DNA from: Podarcis cretensis
Lineage: Eukaryota
Length of the DNA: 64,000 nt
Assembly: GCA_951804945.1 (NCBI GenBank)
Contig: OX638154.1
Location: 38,936,001-39,000,000 of the forward strand
Direction of reading: 5' to 3'
Shown: positions 63,897-64,000 of the stretch, in pieces
Position numbering within the stretch: the first letter of the stretch is position 1
Layout: each line of letters begins with the position of its first letter
Position numbers and translations under genes: made by a program
Notes under the pieces: generated by a model
What the model was told of the DNA's origin: nothing
The model's input: the letters and a program-made list of their open reading frames with translations, nothing else
Databases searched by the model: none

Positions 63897-64000
63897 GATG
63901 CAACTGTAACGGTCATTCTAACAAATGTCATTTTGACCCAGCCGTGTACCAAGCCAGTGGGGGTGTGAGTGGGGGCGTTTGTGAAGACTGCCAGCACAAT
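63897..64000 (+). CDS. LAMB3: Laminin beta-3 exon 10 (truncated by window end)
   Basis: (R)[34 protein letters not shown]. Confidence 0.95.

Overview
Vertebrate (squamate, probably lacertid lizard, judged from Sauria-type SINEs) genomic DNA with one assembly gap (40313-40515). Two divergently oriented genes are present. The first is a complete two-exon G0S2 on the minus strand (CDS 7978-7658, TATA/GC-box CpG-rich promoter near 8.55-8.6 kb). The second is the 5' part of LAMB3 (laminin beta-3) on the plus strand, with coding exons 2-10 between 37.8 kb and the window end and an 18-kb intron 3. The rest is transposon-rich: Sauria SINEs, other tRNA/CORE SINEs, L1, L2 and RTE-like LINE relics, Tc1/mariner and hAT MITEs, and a solo LTR. 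The most unusual object is missed by the ORF track: an RPS28 processed pseudogene fused through its poly(A) remnant to an L2 LINE 3' end, the pair enclosed by one perfect 13-bp target-site duplication (5662-6342). This is a candidate template-switch mRNA-LINE chimera. Other notable items are an inverted pair of young, near-identical SINEs in LAMB3 intron 3, a sense-strand solo LTR nested in a MITE, a triple nested insertion, and candidate G0S2 regulatory elements (PPAR/HNF4/HIF/bZIP cluster, duplicated NF-kB site). All identifications were made by eye, with no database searches.
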